Origin: an uncultured Bacteroidia bacterium
GTDB lineage: Bacteria > Bacteroidota > Bacteroidia > NS11-12g > UBA9320
DNA length: 64,000 nucleotides
Assembly (NCBI GenBank): GCA_943787465.1
Contig: CALSMN010000003.1
Location: 65,093-129,092, forward strand
Reading direction: 5' to 3'
Position numbers and translations under genes: made by a program. Shown here piece after piece: positions 30,019 to 41,064 of this stretch (the stretch's first letter is position 1; every line of letters starts with the position of its first letter). The notes under the pieces are model-generated. The model worked only from the letters and a program-made list of their open reading frames with translations. It searched no databases and was not told the origin of the DNA.

Positions 30019-32001
30019 ATGACTAAAATTAAGTTTATCTTTATTACCCTTTGTACTATATCTATTTTCCATAGAGCTAGTGCTCAAAATTCAACGATAA
30101 CTCCGATAGAAACCTTATCAAATGGTGCAGACGCTTTCCCCATTTTCAGTTACGGAGATAAGTTTGTATATAGTGATGAGTTCATGCGCGTTTTTAATAA
30201 AAACAAACAAGGAGATGCAATTCCAACCCAACAAGAGATAGAAGAATATTTAGATTTATATATCAAATTCAAACTAAAAGTTGAACAGGCTTATCGTTTA
30301 AAAATGGATACCCTGCCAAGTTTTATTAAGGAACTAGCCGGTTATAGAAAACAATTAGCCCAACCTTACTTAACCGACAAAACAGTAACCGATCGGTTAA
30401 TAAATGAAGCCTATGAACGAAGTATTTCTGAGGTAAGAGCTAGTCATTTATTGATCAACTGTTCCTCGGACGCTAAACCACAAGACACGCTTAAGGCTTA
30501 TCAAAAAATTATGGGTTTACGTTCTAGAATACAGAAAGGGGGAGATTTTAAAAGTCTGGCCGAAGAATTTTCGGAAGATCCTTCAGCTAAAACAAATCGT
30601 GGTGATTTAGGCTATTTTACAGCTTTTCAAATGATTTATCCTTTTGAAAATGCAGCCTTTCAAACACCTGTGGGTCAAGTTAGCAGGCCTATTCGAACTC
30701 AATTTGGCTACCATTTGGTATTTGTAGAAGATAGAAGACCTGCTCAGGGGGATATCAAAGTGGCCCATATTATGATAAAGTATTACAATCCTGCACAGAT
30801 CGATAGTACAAAAGAGCGAATTGAAGCAGTTTACACAAAACTTCAGGATGGAGCAGATTGGAATACGCTAGTTCTAGAATTTTCAGAAGATTTTAATACA
30901 AATAATCAGGGAGGGGAACTGAGTTGGATTAATAGAACGACACCCAATATTCCTATTGAGTTTAAGGATGTTGCCTACACGCTAAAAACAGATGGGGATA
31001 TCAGTAAACCTATTAAAACTCGCTTTGGATGGCACATCGTAAAACGACTCGAAAGCAAACCACTTCCGACTTTAAATGATAGTCGAGAAATAATAAGAAG
31101 AAAGGTAGAACGAGATAGTAGAAGTGAATTGAATAAAGATGTTGTTGTAGCTAGAATTAAAAATGAAAATAATTTTCGTGAATTAGCAGGCATAAAAGCC
31201 GTAAAAGACTCTTTTACAGATTTGCTTTTAGAGGGGAAATACCGCAAACAGAAAGGGAAAGGAATAGTGCTTTTAACAATTGGTGATCGTGAATATACTG
31301 ACGATTATTTTTTCGGTTATGTAGCAACCAATCAAAACAAATCCAACAAATCATTATCCAACACAGTTCAAGATTACTATGATGATTTTATCAAACGCGT
31401 AAACCTAGATTATGAAGAAGGGTTGCTTGAACAAAAATATGAGGACTTTAAGAATATCATGCAAGAATACAAAGATGGGATATTACTTTTTGAATTAACT
31501 GACAAAAAAGTGTGGTCCAAAGCCATCAAAGATTCATCAGGATTAGCCTTATTTTATTCAAAAAATATAGACAATTACATGTGGAAAGAACGATTAGATG
31601 CATCAATATATAGTTGTGTAGATAAAAAGTCTGCAAAGCGAGCCATGAAACTGGCTAAAAAAGGCAAATCTTCTGGAGAAATTTTATCAAAATGTAACAT
31701 GGACAATGCCATTGCGGTAACAGTAGAATCTACAAAATTTGAGAGAAACAGTAAGCCTATTTTAGACCAAATCAATTGGGAAAAAGGGGTTCAGAAATTA
31801 GCGGATGAAAATGAGAGGTTCAAGTTTGTGGTCATCCATGAAGTTCTCCCACCTACACAAAAACTTTTGGATGAAAATAGAGGTATAGTTACCTCTGATT
31901 ATCAAAACTATCTCGAAAAAAAATGGATAGAACAGCTGAATACACTATTCCCAGTACAGCTTTTTGAGAATAATATTTCTCGTTTATATTCAAATCCATA
32001 A
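30019..32001 (+). CDS. Periplasmic parvulin-type peptidylprolyl isomerase (two PpiC domains)
   Basis: ASHLLI, SEDPS..GDLGYF, FGYH and FGWH motifs. Confidence 0.9.
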   Translation: MTKIKFIFITLCTISIFHRASAQNSTITPIETLSNGADAFPIFSYGDKFVYSDEFMRVFNKNKQGDAIPTQQEIEEYLDLYIKFKLKVEQAYRLKMDTLPSFIKELAGYRKQLAQPYLTDKTVTDRLINEAYERSISEVRASHLLINCSSDAKPQDTLKAYQKIMGLRSRIQKGGDFKSLAEEFSEDPSAKTNRGDLGYFTAFQMIYPFENAAFQTPVGQVSRPIRTQFGYHLVFVEDRRPAQGDIKVAHIMIKYYNPAQIDSTKERIEAVYTKLQDGADWNTLVLEFSEDFNTNNQGGELSWINRTTPNIPIEFKDVAYTLKTDGDISKPIKTRFGWHIVKRLESKPLPTLNDSREIIRRKVERDSRSELNKDVVVARIKNENNFRELAGIKAVKDSFTDLLLEGKYRKQKGKGIVLLTIGDREYTDDYFFGYVATNQNKSNKSLSNTVQDYYDDFIKRVNLDYEEGLLEQKYEDFKNIMQEYKDGILLFELTDKKVWSKAIKDSSGLALFYSKNIDNYMWKERLDASIYSCVDKKSAKRAMKLAKKGKSSGEILSKCNMDNAIAVTVESTKFERNSKPILDQINWEKGVQKLADENERFKFVVIHEVLPPTQKLLDENRGIVTSDYQNYLEKKWIEQLNTLFPVQLFENNISRLYSNP

Positions 32002-32835
32002 GTGCTTAAAAATACGCTAAAAATAGTATCCCTACTTATACTCTTTGCCTGTGAGACAAAAACTCCAGATGAGGTTGTGGCTAGAGTTTATGACAAAACA
32101 CTTTACAAAAAAGATATAGCCCCTTTTATTATGCAAGGGGCCTCTTATGAAGACAGTTTGTTCTACACCAAAGAGTTTATAAATTTATGGGTCACAAAAC
32201 AGGTGCTACTTTATGAAGCCAATGTGCAATTGTCGGTTCAACAAAAGGACAAATCTAAAGAGTTAGAAGATTATAAAAACGATTTATTGATTTATGAACT
32301 CATGAGCAAGTTGACAACAGAGCAATTGGATACTGTTGTCAATGATCAAGAATTATTATTGTATTATGAGGAAAACATAGAAGAATTTGATTTGACTCAA
32401 AATATCATTAAACTGCATTTTTATAAAATTCCTTCAAATTCAGAAAATATAGATTTACTATGGAATAGCTTTGAGAATGACGATGAAACGGTTTACCCAA
32501 CACTGCTTATGTTATCAAAAAATGGGGGTAATTACTTTGATAAAGGCAATACATGGGTCTCTTTCGACGATATATTGAAAGAAATCCCAATACAAACCTA
32601 TAATCAAGAACATTATTTAAATAACCACAAGTATGTTAGAATACAGGATACTAACTTCGATTATTTTCTGAAAATTAATGATTTTAGAACGAGAAGTGCA
32701 TCAACACCATTCTCCATAGTAAAACAAAATATAAAAGAACTAATTTTGATGAAAAGACAACAAGAGCAAAAAGCGAGCATAGAGTCAGATTTGATTAAAC
32801 AAGCACACCAAAACAAAAAAATTCAACTATTTTGA
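32002..32835 (+). CDS. Lipoprotein of the PPIase/SurA cluster
   Basis: Lipobox LFAC, VARVYDK.LY motif, position between PPIase genes. Confidence 0.7.
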   Translation: MLKNTLKIVSLLILFACETKTPDEVVARVYDKTLYKKDIAPFIMQGASYEDSLFYTKEFINLWVTKQVLLYEANVQLSVQQKDKSKELEDYKNDLLIYELMSKLTTEQLDTVVNDQELLLYYEENIEEFDLTQNIIKLHFYKIPSNSENIDLLWNSFENDDETVYPTLLMLSKNGGNYFDKGNTWVSFDDILKEIPIQTYNQEHYLNNHKYVRIQDTNFDYFLKINDFRTRSASTPFSIVKQNIKELILMKRQQEQKASIESDLIKQAHQNKKIQLF

Positions 32836-34178
32836 AAAAACTAATAATCATTGTATTTCTACTTTCTAGTTTTCAGAGTATCTCTCAAACTCAACCAATA
32901 CTAGATGAAATTGTTGCGGTAGTGGGTAATCACATTATTTTACGTTCAGATCTTGAAGCTGAATATACACAAGCAAAAACTGAAATGTCTTTTTATGATG
33001 GGGATTTAAAATGCGAAATTCTCAACCAATTGATTATACAAAAATTATATCTTCATAAAGGCGAGAGGGATAGTATCTATTCTAGCCCTGAAATGGTAGA
33101 TTCAGAATTAGATCGACGTATAAAATACTATGCCTCTCAAATTGGAGGAGAAGCAAGACTTGAACAGTATCTTGGGATGTCGATAGATGAATATAAAAGA
33201 AGACGAAGACCAGAAATTGAAAATCAGCAAGTTTCTCAAAAAGTTCAACAGTCATTAGTCTCAGATATAAAAGCCTCACCCACAGATGTTCGTAAGTTTT
33301 TTGCAAGCATACCCTCAGATAGTCTGCCCCATTTTGGAGAAGAGGTTGAATTAGGACTTATTGCAATGAAACCCAAGCCAAGTCCATATGCAAAAGAGTA
33401 TGCTCTAGAAAAAATCCAAAAAGTTCGTTCTGATATTATTCGAGGATTATATTCATTTGATTTTGCTGCCAAGAGTAATAGTGATGATAAAGGTACAGCG
33501 GTTAATGGGGGAGAGTTAGGCTATTTTTCAAGAGGTCAAATGGTTGGCGCATTCGAAAGAGTGGCATTCAAATTGAAAGGAGATTCTATATCAGAGGTGA
33601 TAGAGACTCCCTATGGATATCATATTATTCAACTTATCGATCGTAAAGGGGAAAAAGTAAATGCTAGACATATTCTAATAAAACCCCTCATTGTTAACAG
33701 TGATTTATTAGCGTTAAAAGAAGAAATGAATCAACTGATTGATGGACTAAAATCAGACAGTTTATCCATGTGCAAAGTAGCCTCAGAACGTAGTGAGGAT
33801 ATGTATACCAAAGATAATTGTGGTTTTTATGCTGACCAAACGACCGGATCTCAACAAATATCAGTAGAAATGTTAGATCCTTTAATTGCTGCTAAAATTA
33901 GTACTCTCCGAATTGGAAGCTACAGTAAACCAGAACAATATCAAGATATAGATGGTACAACAGGGTATCGTTTTTTATATCTAAGAAATCTAGTACCTGC
34001 TCATAAAGCCAATTTAAAAGATGACTATCAAAAAATTCAGGCATTGGCACTTGATAAGAAAAAAGAAGATACTATACAAAAATGGGTGAATGAATATAAA
34101 TCTAATGTATATGTAAAGATAGATGAAAAGTATGCTGATTGCACTGAATTGGCAACTTGGAAAGGTCTAGAAAACTAA
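32832..34178 (+). CDS. surA: SurA-like chaperone/peptidylprolyl isomerase
   Basis: DEIVAVVG..IILRSD, GGELGY, YGYHIIQ, NARHILIKP. Confidence 0.85.
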   Translation: MKKLIIIVFLLSSFQSISQTQPILDEIVAVVGNHIILRSDLEAEYTQAKTEMSFYDGDLKCEILNQLIIQKLYLHKGERDSIYSSPEMVDSELDRRIKYYASQIGGEARLEQYLGMSIDEYKRRRRPEIENQQVSQKVQQSLVSDIKASPTDVRKFFASIPSDSLPHFGEEVELGLIAMKPKPSPYAKEYALEKIQKVRSDIIRGLYSFDFAAKSNSDDKGTAVNGGELGYFSRGQMVGAFERVAFKLKGDSISEVIETPYGYHIIQLIDRKGEKVNARHILIKPLIVNSDLLALKEEMNQLIDGLKSDSLSMCKVASERSEDMYTKDNCGFYADQTTGSQQISVEMLDPLIAAKISTLRIGSYSKPEQYQDIDGTTGYRFLYLRNLVPAHKANLKDDYQKIQALALDKKKEDTIQKWVNEYKSNVYVKIDEKYADCTELATWKGLEN

Positions 34179-35146
34179 TGATGATTGATTTTAATAACGA
34201 TAAGCATGCTGCAGATAGTTTAGTGACAAAAGTCCATGAACTTAAACGAGAAATTGGAAAGACAATTATTGGTCAAGATGATGTAATCAATGGATTAATT
34301 ATTAGCATATTATCTAATGGTCATGCTCTTTTAATTGGGGTCCCAGGATTAGCTAAAACATTATTAATAAAAACCATAAGCGAGGCATTAGATCTAAGTT
34401 TCAATCGAATCCAATTTACGCCAGATTTAATGCCTAGTGACATTATTGGCTCCGAAATATTAGATGATTCTAAGCAATTCAAATTTAACAAAGGGCCTGT
34501 ATTCGCTAATATTGTTCTTGCTGACGAAATCAATAGAACACCGCCTAAAACTCAAGCAGCATTATTAGAAGCTATGCAGGAGAAGAGTGTAACCGTCTCA
34601 GGAACGAATTATGCCCTTGATCTTCCTTTTTTTGTACTTGCAACACAAAATCCTATCGAGCAAGAAGGGACGTATCCGCTTCCAGAGGCTCAATTGGATC
34701 GATTTATGTTTAGCATGGTTCTGGATTACCCTAGCTTAGAGGAAGAAATTAATATTGTGAAAGCCACCACTTCAAATCAAAGCGTTTCTATAAATCCTAT
34801 ATTAAATCAATCTGAAATAGTAGCCTTCCAAGCACTTATAAAGAAAGTACCTGTGACAGATCATGTATACGAATATGCAGTATCTCTCGTAGCAAAAACC
34901 AGAGCTAAGCGGGATATGGCCCCCGATTTAATTAACGAATATATTGAATACGGAGCAGGTCCACGTGCCTCACAATATCTAATTATAGGGGCAAAAGCAC
35001 ATGCGATAATTCAGGGCAAATATTCGCCAGATATTGCCGATGTTCAAGCTGTGGCTAAAATGGTCTTGAGGCATAGGTTGGTAAGAAATTATAAAGCAGA
35101 ATCACACGGAATTTCTACTGACGAAATAATTGAACGCATCTATTAA
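34178..35146 (+). CDS. MoxR family AAA+ ATPase
   Basis: GVPGLAKT, RIQFTPDLMPSD, DEINR, ATQNPIEQEGTYPLPEAQLDRF. Confidence 0.95.
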   Translation: MMIDFNNDKHAADSLVTKVHELKREIGKTIIGQDDVINGLIISILSNGHALLIGVPGLAKTLLIKTISEALDLSFNRIQFTPDLMPSDIIGSEILDDSKQFKFNKGPVFANIVLADEINRTPPKTQAALLEAMQEKSVTVSGTNYALDLPFFVLATQNPIEQEGTYPLPEAQLDRFMFSMVLDYPSLEEEINIVKATTSNQSVSINPILNQSEIVAFQALIKKVPVTDHVYEYAVSLVAKTRAKRDMAPDLINEYIEYGAGPRASQYLIIGAKAHAIIQGKYSPDIADVQAVAKMVLRHRLVRNYKAESHGISTDEIIERIY

Positions 35147-35148
35147 AA

Positions 35149-36501
35149 GTGATATTTTCGATTGTAGATATTGAAACTACAGGGGGGTCTCATGGGAACC
35201 GAATCACAGAAATCGCAGCTGTAAAAACGGATGGTATCCGAGTACTAGATTCATTTGAAACACTTATTAATCCAGGAATTTTCATCCCCAAATCAATTAC
35301 TTTGCTTACTGGAATTACGAATGAAATGGTTAAAAATGCGCCAGTATTTGATGAAATTTCATCTAAATTCTTGAATTTTTTGGAAGGAACCATTTTTGTT
35401 GCTCATAATGTTAGTTTTGATTATAGTATTATCAAAAATCATTTTGAAGATGTGGCGATCCCGTTCAACTATAAAAAATTATGTACGGTACGTTTATCCA
35501 GATCTATTATGCCTAATCATCCATCTTATTCGTTGGGGAAATTGTGTCGTGCATTGGGTATACAAAACAATAATCGACATCGAGCTATGGGTGATGCAGA
35601 GGCTACCACAAAGCTATTTCACTTATTGTATACAAAAGATCTAGAATTTATACAACACTCATTAAACCAATTAAGTAGAGAATCTATATTGCCTCCCCAT
35701 TTACCTAAATCAGAATTTGAAGCTATGCCAAATACAACTGGGGTCTATTATCTATTGGGGGATAAGATGGAAATATTATACATTGGGAAAGCTAAAGATA
35801 TGAAGAAAAGAATAGTTTCTCACTTCACAGAAACTACTCGAAAAAAGAGTGAATTATTACGTAAAATACATCATGTGAGTTACATCGAAACGGGTAACGA
35901 ATTGATAGCCTTACTCCTAGAAAGTGACGAAATTAAAAAGCATTACCCACCCTATAATAAGATGCAAAAACAAAAAAATAATGATTATTGTGTTTGCTAT
36001 TATGAGGGTCAAGATGGGATATTACGAATTGATATTTTTTTAAAAAAATATCAAAAAAACACGATGCAAAGCTTTAGCTCAATGACAATGGCTAAAGATT
36101 ATTTGTACATGCTTGTTGAGAAAAATAAATTATGTCCAAAATATACGGGCTTGGAACGAACAAAAGGGGCATGCTATTTGGGAGATATATGTCACTTGTG
36201 TTCTGAGAAAGAAACGATCAAATCCTACAATTTACGTGTTTTAAATTCAGCCCAAAAAAAAGAGATGAATCAATGGATCGTTGGTCCAGGAAGATCAATA
36301 GACGAAAAAGGAGTGGTTAAAATACAAAAAGGCATTTATGCTGGTTTTGGATATGTAAATACAGAAATAAACATTACGGAAGAAGAAATGGACGCTTGTA
36401 TTATTGCATATAAAACCAATACGGATACCCGAAGAATTTTGGAAGGATTCTTAAACAATCCAATACCCAAAGCTTATCAATTGATAAAGACTAAAAACTA
36501 A
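35149..36501 (+). CDS. DEDDh 3'-5' exonuclease fused to GIY-YIG (UvrC/Cho-like) nuclease
   Basis: DIETTG, AHNVSFD, HRAMGDA; GVYYL...YIGKA. Confidence 0.88.
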   Translation: MIFSIVDIETTGGSHGNRITEIAAVKTDGIRVLDSFETLINPGIFIPKSITLLTGITNEMVKNAPVFDEISSKFLNFLEGTIFVAHNVSFDYSIIKNHFEDVAIPFNYKKLCTVRLSRSIMPNHPSYSLGKLCRALGIQNNNRHRAMGDAEATTKLFHLLYTKDLEFIQHSLNQLSRESILPPHLPKSEFEAMPNTTGVYYLLGDKMEILYIGKAKDMKKRIVSHFTETTRKKSELLRKIHHVSYIETGNELIALLLESDEIKKHYPPYNKMQKQKNNDYCVCYYEGQDGILRIDIFLKKYQKNTMQSFSSMTMAKDYLYMLVEKNKLCPKYTGLERTKGACYLGDICHLCSEKETIKSYNLRVLNSAQKKEMNQWIVGPGRSIDEKGVVKIQKGIYAGFGYVNTEINITEEEMDACIIAYKTNTDTRRILEGFLNNPIPKAYQLIKTKN

Positions 36502-36509
36502 GTATATCT

Positions 36510-37481
36510 TTACACAGCCATTAGACTACAACCTCTAAGGTCAGAAATATCAAGTCGGCCAGTAACCTCAAATCGACCATCAGTATATACCTTCCCCAAA
36601 TCATCAGTAGCTATAAAACAACAACTGTGGATATTTGCTAAATCAATAATATTGAGAGCAGCAGTATGGCCATTGGCAGAATGACTGAAGGGATCATTAT
36701 CTTTTCGAGGCAATACTCTCATCCAAGGGGGACATGTATAAATGTGATTCTCGTCGGAATATGCTTGACTTAATAATTCTGTCATTCCATATTCTGAGAA
36801 AATCGATGATTCTTTGAATGATAATTGAAGTTTCTGGTATAGGTCAAGTTTAGTAATTTCTTTTACTCTGCCCTTCATCCCGCCTGTTTCAATTATGGTT
36901 AAATCAGGGAATTGTACGGAATGAATTTTAGCAAAATCAAGAAGTGCAAAGCTTACACCAAATAATAACTTTTTTCGAGAAGTAGATGCCATTGCCTCAA
37001 TTAGTGATTCAAAATCATCTAAATAAAAGTGATGGGACTGTTTATTATGTTCCATCAGGAACTGAACCATATCTACTAGCGATGAATTTCCTCGTTCCAA
37101 ATAACTGGGTAGAAGCCCAAAAATTTCATAGGAAGAAATCTTACCTAATTTATCCTCAATGATTTGCAAGGAATTAGTATGATATAAATCCAGATCTTTA
37201 ATAGCATGTTTTGAGGGGGTAGATCCGGTAGTGGTGCTGCTTTCAAACGTGTGTTCAGGAACAAAACTTCCAGTCACAACGTGATGTGTCTTGAAAAAGG
37301 AAATGGGTAAAAAAGGAATTTGTTCAAAATGATGTATAGTATGGGGTGGTTGATTGATTAATTCCAGATATTTGGCATATACAACATTATTTTTGGCTTG
37401 ATATTGAAATATATTTAAAGCAATGTCGTTAAAATTGTGATTTTTAACGGACCATATGTCTCGAATATTAATAAACTCCAT
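36510..37481 (-). CDS. LuxE-like acyl-protein synthetase / acyl transferase
   Basis: IPFLPISFFK, ETGGMKGR, SEYGMTELLSQAY, RGCS tail. Confidence 0.85.
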   Translation of the reverse strand: MEFINIRDIWSVKNHNFNDIALNIFQYQAKNNVVYAKYLELINQPPHTIHHFEQIPFLPISFFKTHHVVTGSFVPEHTFESSTTTGSTPSKHAIKDLDLYHTNSLQIIEDKLGKISSYEIFGLLPSYLERGNSSLVDMVQFLMEHNKQSHHFYLDDFESLIEAMASTSRKKLLFGVSFALLDFAKIHSVQFPDLTIIETGGMKGRVKEITKLDLYQKLQLSFKESSIFSEYGMTELLSQAYSDENHIYTCPPWMRVLPRKDNDPFSHSANGHTAALNIIDLANIHSCCFIATDDLGKVYTDGRFEVTGRLDISDLRGCSLMAV

Positions 37482-37998
37482 GTACGCCTCAAAAGTAATC
37501 ACTCTTTTGGTTATTTGTATAGTTGGTTGTTCTCCGGAATCTGATAGTTTTACTATAGAACCAAAAATTTATCTTGAATCAGTCACCCAATTCAAAAATG
37601 TTCAAAATAAAGATAGTGTCATTCAATTAAAAATAGGATATTCTGATGCTGATGGAGATATAGGTTTGGATGAATCCGATACTCTTCCGCCATTTCATTT
37701 TTCTGGTCCCTATTATCATAATTTACCAATAACATTTTTGGTTAAAAATTCTAATGGATATTTTGAAGAATTATATGACCCTAATCGCAATACTCCTTAT
37801 GGATTTCAACATGAACGAATTCCTAATTTAACACCTGAAGGAAAGTATAAGTCAATTTCAGGAATTGTGACCGTTAATATCGCAGCTAATCCATTTTTCA
37901 CAAATCCAAAGCATGTAAAATTTGAAATTCAGCTATTGGATAGGTCACTTCATAAAAGCAATACTATTTTCACAGATATTTTACAACTAGAGCATTGA
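37480..37998 (+). CDS. Hypothetical lipoprotein
   Basis: Lipobox IVGC, DADGDIG motif, DRSLHKSN tail; alternative start at 37456. Confidence 0.7.
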   Translation: MYASKVITLLVICIVGCSPESDSFTIEPKIYLESVTQFKNVQNKDSVIQLKIGYSDADGDIGLDESDTLPPFHFSGPYYHNLPITFLVKNSNGYFEELYDPNRNTPYGFQHERIPNLTPEGKYKSISGIVTVNIAANPFFTNPKHVKFEIQLLDRSLHKSNTIFTDILQLEH

Positions 37999-38133
37999 CC
38001 AAATTTTAGAAAGTATGCCGTTTAAAAAAATGATAAAACCCATTTATGGAAACAAAATTTTATATGTTTGCAAACCGTAATTGAATTTGAAAAAATGAGC
38101 AACTTTTTATCATATTATCAAGGATACAGGCTT

Positions 38134-38691
38134 TTGACGCAAAAAAAAGTTTTAACAATGTTCATGATCACTTTTTTTTCTTACAATGCCAGTGCTCAAA
38201 AATTTGCTTATGTAGACACAGAGTACATTTTAACACAAATTCCGGCATATAAATCTGCTCAACTGCAACTTAACGAACTAAGTTTAGAGTGGCAGACGGA
38301 AATAGATCAAAAATTTGCAGTAATTGATCAACTTAGAAAACAATATGAAGTAGAAAAAGTACTCTTGACAAAAGATATGCAATCTTCAAGAGAAAAAGAG
38401 ATTTTGGATAAAAGTCAAGCAGCTCAAAAATTACAACAAGATAAGTTTGGATTTGAGGGAGAACTTTTTACAAAAAAAACAGAGTTAATCAGACCAATTC
38501 AAGATAAATTATATGATGCAATCAATAAAGTTGCAAAAAATAATGGACTTGACTTTATATTTGACAAAAGTGGTGATATGCTCATGCTCGTTTCCAATTC
38601 CAAATACGACAGAAGTGATGAGGTTTTAGAAGAACTAGGCGTAGTTTCCACAGACGATACTAAGTCTCTCAATCTCCCACCTAGAAATTAA
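38134..38691 (+). CDS. ompH: OmpH/Skp periplasmic chaperone
   Basis: AQKFAYVDTEYIL, FG.EGELF, IFDK; TATGTTTG -7 box at 38063-38070; start codon uncertain. Confidence 0.9.
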   Translation: MTQKKVLTMFMITFFSYNASAQKFAYVDTEYILTQIPAYKSAQLQLNELSLEWQTEIDQKFAVIDQLRKQYEVEKVLLTKDMQSSREKEILDKSQAAQKLQQDKFGFEGELFTKKTELIRPIQDKLYDAINKVAKNNGLDFIFDKSGDMLMLVSNSKYDRSDEVLEELGVVSTDDTKSLNLPPRN

Positions 38692-38715
38692 ACTAACAAT
38701 AAATAAACCCAAATA

Positions 38716-39225
38716 ATGAAGAAAGTATTTTCAATTTTAATGATTTTATGTGCTACTAGTTTCGCACAGGCCCAAACTAAAATAGCTCATATCAATAGCA
38801 CACAACTCATCGAGTCCATGCCAGAAGCCGATACGATATCAATGAAGCTCGACAAGTTGAGACAAACATGGGAAAATTTACTAGTTGAAAAGCAAAAAGA
38901 GACCCAAACAAAATATCAAGCACTGATGGAAATCATTGATGATGAGTCAGTTTCTACAAGTGTTAAAGAGGTTAAAACGCAGGAAATAGAAAATCTGCAA
39001 AAGCAATATCAAGAAATGCAGCAAACAGGTAGCGATGCACTTCAAAAAGAGCAAGAATTGTTACTAACACCACTATATGCAAAAGTGAAAGAAACTATTG
39101 CGACTGTTGCAAAAGCAAATGGTTATTCCTATGTAATGGATAGCTCCGAAGGAAGTGGAATAATCTACAGTGATACAAAATTTGATCTGATGCCTTTGGT
39201 AAAGGCTAAATTAGGAATAAAGTAA
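38716..39225 (+). CDS. ompH: OmpH/Skp periplasmic chaperone (second copy)
   Basis: AQTKIAHIN...MPE, GYSYVMD, VKAKLGI. Confidence 0.9.
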   Translation: MKKVFSILMILCATSFAQAQTKIAHINSTQLIESMPEADTISMKLDKLRQTWENLLVEKQKETQTKYQALMEIIDDESVSTSVKEVKTQEIENLQKQYQEMQQTGSDALQKEQELLLTPLYAKVKETIATVAKANGYSYVMDSSEGSGIIYSDTKFDLMPLVKAKLGIK

Positions 39226-39228
39226 AAT

Positions 39229-40026
39229 ATGACGAGTCAATCGACTCAGCCCATTGGAGTTTTTGATTCAGGTTTAGGAGGACTTTGTATACTAAGTGCT
39301 CTCAAAAACAAAATGCCTGAGGAACAGTTTATCTACGTTGGAGATACTGCACACCTTCCATATGGTGACAAAAGTGAGGGTACACTTAAAGAATATGTAG
39401 GCGCTATTTTTCAGTTCTTAAAACATAAAAATTGCAAGTTCGTAGTTGTAGCTTGCAATAGTGCAGCAACAGTTATTCATAAAATGGATAATCTTCCATT
39501 TGCAAAGGATCAAATTATTGAGGTAATCACCCCCATCGTTAATCTAATTGGATCACAAAAAAAATACAAAAACATAGGCATCATAGGAACGCGAAAAACA
39601 ATTAGTTCGGGGATGTTTAATGAGGCTCTGTTAAAAAAAAATCCCGCTTTAAATATTACGGCAAAAGCGACACCTTTATTGGCCCCAATGATTGAAGATG
39701 GGTTTATTCAAGAACACGTGTTGAAGCCCATTTTTGATCGCTATTTCAAAGGGTTCGAATCGTGTGAATTAATCATTCCTGCCTGTACGCATTATCCTAT
39801 ATTATATAGTCAAATAGAAAACTATTTTAATCATGGGTTGAAGGTTTTGCATACCCCTAAAATAATTGCAGAAACACTTGACTATACTCTCAGAAAGCAA
39901 ACCATATTCAATGAAAAAAGGAATGCAGAGGATGAATATTACCTATCGGATATTACACCAGAATTTCTTAGAGAGTCAAAACTTTTCCTTGGGGAAGAGG
40001 TAGATTTTTCCCACGTTTCATTATGA
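39229..40026 (+). CDS. murI: Glutamate racemase
   Basis: FDSGLGG, PYGDKS, ACNSA, CTHYP. Confidence 0.95.
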   Translation: MTSQSTQPIGVFDSGLGGLCILSALKNKMPEEQFIYVGDTAHLPYGDKSEGTLKEYVGAIFQFLKHKNCKFVVVACNSAATVIHKMDNLPFAKDQIIEVITPIVNLIGSQKKYKNIGIIGTRKTISSGMFNEALLKKNPALNITAKATPLLAPMIEDGFIQEHVLKPIFDRYFKGFESCELIIPACTHYPILYSQIENYFNHGLKVLHTPKIIAETLDYTLRKQTIFNEKRNAEDEYYLSDITPEFLRESKLFLGEEVDFSHVSL

Positions 40027-40967
40027 TCGATAAATCCAACCACCATGTGCTTATTATTGATGATGTTCATCCTGATTTTCTAAAACTATTGCGGAATTTT
40101 GAGGTAGTTTACAAACCAGAAATAACCTTGGAAGATCTTCCTGAGGCTCTTCGTGATGCTACCATTCTTGTAATTCGAAGTAAACTAAATTTTGATAAAA
40201 ATTGGATCGATAAATCTCCACGTTTGAAACTAATAGGTCGTTTAGGGTCTGGCATGGACAATATAGATATAGATTATGCGCAAACAAAATCCATTGATTG
40301 CATCAATGCACCAGAGGGGAATAGAAATGCAGTAGCAGAACAAACTATAGGAATGATGTTAAGTTTACTCTCAAACATTGTGAAATCTAATATAGAGATA
40401 TCCCGAAAATTATGGCTACGTAAGGAAAATGAAGGTGTAGAATTAAAAAATCTTACTGTGGGAATTATTGGTTATGGTAATGTTGGTAAGGTCTTAGCTC
40501 AGCGATTAAAAAGCTTTAATTGTGAAATTCTGGCTTATGATAAATATATCAAAGATTTTGGTGATGAACTAGTGGAGGAATCTACGCTTGAAGAAGTGCA
40601 AAATAGGGCGGACATAATTTCATTACATGTGCCACTCAATCCTTATTCGCAGGAGATGATCAATAATTCGTTTATAGAAAAAATGTCCAAACCCTTTTAT
40701 CTGCTCAACCTATCAAGAGGTAAAGTAGTATCAGTCCCCGCAGTCATGGATGGATTGAGCCAAGGGAAAATATTAGGATTAGCTTTAGATGTACTCCCCA
40801 ATGAATCATTGGGAACGTATTCTTTTAAAGAAAAAGAAGAATTAGAGTTTTTGATTGGTCATAATCGAGTCATACTTACCCCACATACAGGAGGACTCAC
40901 CCAGGATTCGTATCAAATGTTAGCACATGTACTTGCTGAGAAGTTAATTTTATGGACCAGAAAGTAA
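40023..40967 (+). CDS. D-isomer-specific 2-hydroxyacid dehydrogenase (SerA-like)
   Basis: GSGMDNID, GIIGYGNVG, SLHVP, LDVLPNE, TPHTGG. Confidence 0.9.
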   Translation: MIDKSNHHVLIIDDVHPDFLKLLRNFEVVYKPEITLEDLPEALRDATILVIRSKLNFDKNWIDKSPRLKLIGRLGSGMDNIDIDYAQTKSIDCINAPEGNRNAVAEQTIGMMLSLLSNIVKSNIEISRKLWLRKENEGVELKNLTVGIIGYGNVGKVLAQRLKSFNCEILAYDKYIKDFGDELVEESTLEEVQNRADIISLHVPLNPYSQEMINNSFIEKMSKPFYLLNLSRGKVVSVPAVMDGLSQGKILGLALDVLPNESLGTYSFKEKEELEFLIGHNRVILTPHTGGLTQDSYQMLAHVLAEKLILWTRK

Positions 40968-41064
40968 AGGAAAGTTAGTTTTTTTTACTTAAAATTTTAT
41001 TTGAATAATAACTTTTTTATGGCGAGATTTGAACACTTTAAATGCTTTTAAAAAGTTACACTAT

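Noticed and set aside
36510-37481. LuxE-like gene as evidence of bioluminescence
   Set aside because: No luxA/B/C/D in the window; stand-alone LuxE-like acyl transferases are common in Bacteroidota.
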